28,334 nt of DNA from the NCBI RefSeq assembly GCF_004010195.1, contig NC_057728.1, forward strand, positions 52,592,401 through 52,620,734, read 5' to 3'. Shown one piece after another: positions 22,447 to 28,334 of the stretch (its first letter is position 1; each line of letters opens with the position of its first letter). This DNA comes from Chiloscyllium plagiosum (taxonomy: Eukaryota). Below the pieces are notes generated by a model. That model worked only from the letters and a program-made list of their open reading frames with translations, searched no databases and was not told where the DNA came from. The position numbers and the translations under genes are program-made.

Positions 22447-24322
22447 CAGGATTGGAGGATTTGAGCTACAGGGAGAGGCTGAATAGGCTGGGGCTGGTAC
22501 AGTTACAACATTGAAAAATGCATCTGGATGGGTATATGAATAGGAAGGGTTTGGAGGGATATGGGCCAAGTGCTGACAAATGGGACTAGATTAGATCAGG
22601 ATATCTGGTCGGCATGGACGAGTTGGACCGGAGAGTCTTCAGAAGGCTTTTCGTAAGTATTCAGATTGAAAAGGGCAATGTTAGTGAGAATATGGACATA
22701 CAAGCCACTAGATTAGATGGGATTGAGGTTGACAATGAGGAGGTTTTAGTAATTTTGGAAAATGTGAAATAAGACCCCTGACCCAGATGGGATTTATCCT
22801 CAGATTCTCTGAGAAGCCAGGGAGGAGATTGCCGAGCCTTTGGCTTTGATCTTTATGTCATCGTTGACTACAGGGGTAGTGCCAGAAGACTGAAGGATAG
22901 CAAATGTTGTTTCCTTGTTTAAGAAGAGGAGTCGGGACAAGTCTGGTAATTATAGGCCTGTAAGCCTTACTTCGATTGTGGGTAAGGTGTTGGAAAAGTT
23001 TGTAAGAGATAATCATCTGGAAAGGAATAATTTGATTAGGAATAGTCAACACAGTTTTGTAAAGGGTAGGTCATGCCTCACTAACCTTATTAAGTTCTTC
23101 AAGAAGGTGACAAAACAGGTGGATGAAGGTAAAGTGGTTGGTGTGGTATATATGGACTTCAGTAAGGCGTTCGATAAGGTTCCACATGGTAGGCTATTGC
23201 ATAAAATATGGAGTTTCGGAATTGAAGGTGATTTAGTGGTTTGGACCAGAAACTGGCTAGCTGAAAGAAGACAGAGGGTGGTGGTTGATGGGAAATGTTC
23301 AGCCTGGAGCTCAGTTACTAGTGGAGTGCCGCAAGTATTTGCTTTGGGACCACTGCCGTTTGTCATTTTTATAAATGATCTGGCTGTGGGCGTAGAAGGA
23401 TGGGTTAGTAAATTTGTGGATGACACTAAGGTAGACAGAGTTGTGGATAGTACCGAAGGATGTTGTGGGCTACACAGGGTCATAGATAAGATGCAGAGCT
23501 GGGCCGACAAGTGCCAAATGGAGTTTAATGCGAAAAAGTATGAGGTAGTTTACTTTGGAAGAAGTAACAGGAATAAAGAGTACTAGGCTAATGGTAAAAT
23601 TCTTGGCAGTGTAGATGAACAGAAAGATCTCGGTGTCTAGGTACAGAAATCCCTGAAAATCGCAACCCAGGTTGATAGGGTTGTTAAGAAGGCATATGAT
23701 GTGAATGGCATTTGTTAGTAGGGGGATAGAGTTTCGGAGCCATGAGGTTATGCTTCAGCTGTACTACACTGGAAAGGCCGCACTTGGAGTATTGTGTGCA
23801 GTTCTGGTCACTGCATTATAGGAAGGATGTGGAAGGTTTGGAAAGGGTTCAGAGGAGGTTTACCAGGATGTTGCCAGATATGGAAAGAAGGCCTTATGAG
23901 GAAAGACTGAGGGAACTGAAGTTGTTTTTGTTGGAGAGGTGACTTAATCGGGACTAATAAGATATTCAGAGGGTTAGATAGGGTGGACAGTGAGAGCGTT
24001 TTTCCTCAGGTGGTGAAGGCTAACATGAGGCGACATAGCTTTAAATTGAGGGGTGATAGATTTAGGACAGATATTAGGGGTAGTTTATTTAGTCAGAGAG
24101 TAATAGGGGCATGGAACGGCCTGCCTGCAACAGTAGTAGACTCACCGACATTAAAGGCATTTAAATGGGAATTAGACATACAAATGGATAATAATGGAAC
24201 GGTGTGGGTTAGATGGGCATCAGATTAATTTCACAGGTCGGCACAACATTGAGGGCTGAAGGGCCGGTACTGCGCTGTAATGTTCTGTGTCTGTTTCCGT
24301 GCTGAACATCTTTATGACTCTA
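22447..24322 (+). mobile_element. CR1-A 3' fragment split into 22447-22630 and 24289-24322
   Basis: ...ggcatggacgagttggaccg | gtctgtttccgtgctg...tatgactcta. Confidence 0.8.
22631..24290 (+). mobile_element. CR1 LINE subfamily B, 5'-truncated
   Basis: [43 protein letters not shown]; tail ctgcgctgtaatgttctg. Confidence 0.93.
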
Positions 24323-24828
24323 TAGCATAGTATTCTGCATTCTGTTCTATTACCCTGATGTACATATATAAGGAATGATTTGTCTGGTTAGCACACAAAA
24401 CAATACTTTTCACTATATCTCAGTACATGTGACAATAATAAATCAAGTCAAACGAAATCAGGTACACCTGGTTCTGAATTGTACAGTGGTCTTCACAAAT
24501 GTATTAACTCAAATCATTTCCAATTCTGACACAGTGGTCAACATGTAGCTATCTAAGACATAGAAAATAGGAGCAGGAGTAGGCCATTCAGCCCTTCCAG
24601 TCTGTCATGCCATTCAATATGAACATGGCTGATCATCTAACTCACTTCTCCCATATGTCCTTTGATCTCTTTAGCACAAGGACTATATCCAATTCCTTCT
24701 TGAATATGTTCTGACCTCGACTGCTTTCTGTGGTGGTAAATTCCATAGGCTCACCATTCTCCTCATCTCAGTCCTAAATGATTTACTTCACATCCTTAGA
24801 ATGGTCTGGCAAACCTTTGTGCATTCTC

Positions 24829-25317
24829 TAGGTAAAAACAATGACTGCAGATGCTGGAAACCAAAGTCTAGATTAGAGTGGTGCTGGAAAAGCACAGCAG
24901 TTCAGGCAGCATCCGAGAAGCAGTAAAATCGACGTTTCAGGCAAAAGCCCTTCATCAGGAATACAGGCAGAGAGCCTGAAGTGTGGAGAGATAAGTGAGA
25001 GGAGGGTGGGTGTACAATAGGTGAGTGGGGGAGGGAATGAAGGTGATAGGTCAGAGAGGAGGGTGGAGTGGATAGGTGGAAAAGAAGATAGGCAGGTAGG
25101 ACAAGTCATGGGGACAGTGCTAAGCTGGAAGTTTGGAACTGGGGTGAGGTGGGGGAAGGGGAAATGAGGAAACTGTTGAAGTCCACATTGATGCCCTGGG
25201 TTGAAGTGTTCCGAGGCGGAAGATGAGGTGGTGAGGGAGGCCCAGGACCTCCATGTCCTTGGCAAAGTGGGAGGGGGAGTTGAAATGTTGGGCCACAGGG
25301 CGCTGTGGTTGATTGGT
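24829..25317 (-). mobile_element. PLE 3' fragment
   Basis: NQPQRPVAQHFNSPSH, LIFRLGTLQP; same terminus (taggtaaaaa..gactgcagat) as 20972 and 28123. Confidence 0.9.
24927..24962 (-). ncRNA. Hammerhead ribozyme motif in the PLE 3' repeat
   Basis: Minus strand: CTGATGA-A-GGGC-TTTT-GCCT-GAAA-CGTC (24958-24931). Confidence 0.68.
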
Positions 25318-25910
25318 CCCCTCCAAAGCCAGAACATCCTTCCTTAGATAAGGAGACCAAATTGCACTTAATATCCAGGTGTGATCACGGAAAGACCTTC
25401 TATAATTGCAACAAGACACCCTGTCCTTTACTCTATTCCTTTCATTATGAAGGCCAACATATTATTTGTTTTCTTTACTGCCTGCATGGTTACCTTCCTC
25501 TGAAGATTTCAGCTCTCCCTATTTCTGTAACTTTCTGCAGCTAGACTCACTCATCCCCTTATTCCAGCCTTTTGTGCAGTTTTACCGCCCTTTGTTCTAC
25601 CTTTGATAGCCTTGCCTTCACCTACCCATGACCTAATCTCAGGAATTCATTCTTTAAACCTTTGCCTCACCTGCTCCCTCTCTGTCTTAAGACACTAAAT
25701 ACTCATATCTCTTTAACCAAGCTTTTGGAAACCTTTCCTAGTATCTCCTTTTATGTGTCCATTTTTAAAAATCGTTTCTCCTCTTGCAAACTTTTAATGG
25801 TTCTCATAGTTTTCTGATTTAAATGCACTTGGATGTCTACAGTTGAGATTCAAATGCCATATCTCTTTCTGTCCCAATTCCACCCGTCTGAATCCTTTCT
25901 CTCCTTCCAG

Positions 25911-26021
25911 TTTTGATTTGTCCAACGTCCTCCCGTGGATCTCCTGGATACACAAATATGGACAGGTCAAAGTTGCGAGTGTCTACATGCTATGCTTCAC
26001 CAAGTCTTGGTCATCACTTTG
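25911..26021 (+). other. Candidate 111-nt exon
   Basis: aatcctttctctccttccag| ... cactttg|gtgagt; multiple of 3; open in two phases. Confidence 0.38.
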
Positions 26022-26459
26022 GTGAGTGCTTGAGTCATCAGATTCAATTCAAAATCCTTGTTCTTAATTAAAAATCTTCTCACGGACTTTCCCCAGCCCA
26101 CTGGCCCCCGTCTTACATCCTATCCCATTCCAACATGAAGAGATTTGTAAATTAAGGCAAATATTTTATCCAGACCTTCCATCCAATATCTAACTTGCCA
26201 TCCTGTCCAATCGGGCCTTAATGTTCCACCCCACTTAACATTGGTGACACTTAACATTCTCTTGAAATTGTTTCGCAGGTTGTCGCAAACCACTAGATAA
26301 TAATCAACGAAAAGGTAAGAACCACATTCTCAGGGAAACACATCGTCAGTGAATGTTGGCTTTGGCAGCATTTCCCATATCTTGATGAAAGAAAATGTAC
26401 TGCCAATATTGTGGAGGGGAGGTTAATGGAACCAGACGGGAGATCCAATGGCAGGAGTT

Positions 26460-27046
26460 TCTCACGCAAACTGGAGGAACAGCATCTCATCTTCCATCTA
26501 GGCATGTTACAGCCTGCCAGTCTCAACGTTGAATTCAACAACTTCAGATGATTATCCCATCTCGACCCGTTTTCATTCTGCTCCGTAATTTTATTTTTTT
26601 CACTGTTCTGTACCTCTTATTTCTTGATTGTTGCTCTTTCTCTCACTCCCCACTCTCTCACCACCTTTTTCCTCTCCTCTTCCCCCTTTGCTACCCTTCT
26701 CCCCTGTTTTCCATTTTGCATCTGCTTCACCCATCCCCCTCCATATTTTGTCACATAGCATCTGCTTCAGCCTTGGTCACTCACAGCTCCTCTCCCTATA
26801 ATCTCTCTATGCACTGTCATTATCACCTCTTTCTTGCTACCTTTGGCTTCTGGAGCCATGACTCACCTTCTCTCAGCCTGGTATAAATACCTCCCTATTT
26901 CTCCCTTTTTTTAGCTTTGACAAAGGGTGAGTTAGACTCGAAAAGTCAGCTCTTTCCTCTCCTTACAGATGCTGCCAGACCTGCTGAGATTTTCCAGCAT
27001 TTTCTCTTTTGGTTTCAGATTTCAGCATCCGCAGTAATTTGCTTTT
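26460..27046 (+). mobile_element. PLE 3' fragment (third family) with pyrimidine-rich UTR
   Basis: RKLEEQHLIFHLGMLQPASLNVEFNNFR*; decayed hammerhead-like ttgacaaagggtg..gactcgaaaagtc at ~26917-26947; tail cagcatccgcagtaatttgctttt. Confidence 0.85.
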
Positions 27047-27939
27047 AGGCAGAAGTTTCTCCATTGCTGATCTTTCAGCCAAGATGTAGTGGCTCATGGG
27101 TATGTAAGGCTCTTCAACTTCTTTCGTACTGTTACCAAGATTACCCAGACATCTGTTGGTCCCACTTTAGAGACTATAGTCTGAGATTATGCTCTGGATT
27201 CCCAGTGATTATGTTATCAGATGATGCAGTTTGGCTCCTCCAACCCATAGAATGACCAATTCCAGGAAAGGCACAGATCACACCATTACAGAAGGTAACT
27301 AGCTTTATAGAAAACATTTGATCTATGCAATCCTATTGATAGCTGGAGAGATATTTTCCAGGGTATTTTTCCATTATCAATCCAGGTGTTTTATCTTCGC
27401 AAAAAAACAATACTTGGTCGAGGAGGTGGCTAAAGAGTAAAGTGGCTTATCACAAACTTGCAGACACCAGCATGAACCAGATCCTTCTCTACTCCATGTT
27501 TTTGCAAACCAATATTCAGCATTTACAGATGCATGGACTTTCTTCACCCGTATCCTGTGAACAAGTTGGGGATTGTCCAATCATTGTGGACTCTTGGAAA
27601 AATTACATACAATCGACAATCAAAATTGGTTTCAAGAATTTTATTAAAAATACATTGGGCACAGTGAATATGCTAGGAGCTTAAAATATGTATAACACAA
27701 AACAAAATCTTTGTATCCACAGCTCAATGAATGAAGACGAATATGTTAAACAAATCTTTAAGTCAAACACAGTGACATCATCATGCAAAATGACCCACAA
27801 ACATGACTGTTGACACTTTTGGCTATGAATATATCTCTGCTTTCCGTTCCCATTGAGAAGTTATGGTTTGTTTAGGTGATAAAACAATCACACCTCAGAA
27901 TACCACATAGCACTTTGCAAGTTTTGCAGTGTGGGAAAC

Positions 27940-28122
27940 ATGGCGTACAGGTTGTGGGCTTATATTGGGTGACGATGTGAGTTTTGGAGCCATGAGGTCA
28001 TGGTACTACTGTAAAAACTCTGGTGCAGCTGCACTTGGAGTATTGCACATAGTTCTGGTCGTCCCATTATAGAAAGGATGTGGAAACACTGGAAAGGGTG
28101 CATAGGAGATTTACTATGATGT
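27940..28122 (+). mobile_element. CR1-B-like fragment
   Basis: cacttggagtattgcacatagttctggtcgtcccattatagaaaggatgtgg (HLEYC..FW..HYRKDV-like). Confidence 0.8.
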
Positions 28123-28334
28123 TAGGTAAAAACAATGACTGCAGATGCTGGAAACCGGAGTCTAGATTAGAATAGATCTGGAAAAGCACAGCAGTACAGG
28201 CAGCATCCGAGGAGCAGTAAAATCGACATTTTGGGCAAAAGCCCTTAATCAGGAACACAGGCAGAGAGCCTGAAGTGTGGAGAGATAAATGAGAGGAGGG
28301 TGGGGGTGGGGAGAAAGCAGCATAGAGTACAATA
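28123..28334 (-). mobile_element. PLE 3' end inserted in a CR1 fragment, continuing beyond the window
   Basis: Nearly identical to 24829-25020; decayed hammerhead at ~28225-28252. Confidence 0.9.

Larger units (their letters stand above)
22080..24455 (+). mobile_element. Rex1/Babar-like 3' fragment split into 22080-22445 and 24323-24455
   Basis: gatgcacaatagaaagcatccta...agaagatacagaag; after 24323 the 3'UTR ends cttttcactatatctcagtacatgtgacaataataaatcaa, like 1941-1980. Confidence 0.78.
24555..25500 (-). mobile_element. Old CR1-like fragment interrupted by a PLE
   Basis: taagacatagaaaataggagcaggagtaggccattc...; resumes at ~25318 with ccaaagccagaacatccttccttagataaggagaccaaattgcac. Confidence 0.6.

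Noticed and set aside
7618..23510. Antisense ORFs over CR1/PLE (e.g. 7618-8088, 14658-14966, 17895-18281, 23046-23510)
   Set aside because: These are shadow frames of retroelement coding sequence with no independent support
159..24228. RT-like ORFs as functional genes, or as a bacterial retron/RT defence system
   Set aside because: All are 5'-truncated, frameshifted CR1, Rex or PLE fragments in a vertebrate repeat context
26548..26886. Hydrophobic 112-aa ORF suggesting a membrane protein
   Set aside because: It is a translation of the pyrimidine-rich PLE 3'UTR
27050..27900. Possible exon in the unique-looking segment
   Set aside because: Stops interrupt all frames I checked and there is no convincing splice-site pair
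1..28334. CRISPR array or prokaryotic operon structure
   Set aside because: No regularly spaced repeat-spacer pattern and no gene-dense organisation

Overview
Eukaryotic, repeat-saturated intronic or intergenic DNA, most likely from a cartilaginous fish (shark). This is inferred from HE1/V-SINE-type SINEs, DeuSINE/SacSINE1-like relics and CR1 LINEs with (CTATGACT)n tails. I can identify no intact host gene; nearly all ORFs in the track are decayed retroelement fragments or their antisense shadows. Contents: 5'-truncated CR1 LINEs of two subfamilies, three Rex1/Babar-like LINE fragments, several Penelope-like elements (PLEs; RT C-terminus and GIY-YIG), tRNA-derived SINEs and multi-level nested insertions. 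The most notable structure is a set of short (~200-280 bp) non-coding fold-back PLE derivatives. Each carries a minimal hammerhead ribozyme motif (CUGAUGA-stem II-GAAA-NUH), has a short unpaired tail and is flanked by a 12-16 bp target-site duplication. Also notable are a ~210-bp inverted duplication of a composite repeat junction and a few candidate exons with strong splice signals. Element boundaries were read by eye and are approximate, and family names come from my recall of consensus motifs, not database searches.
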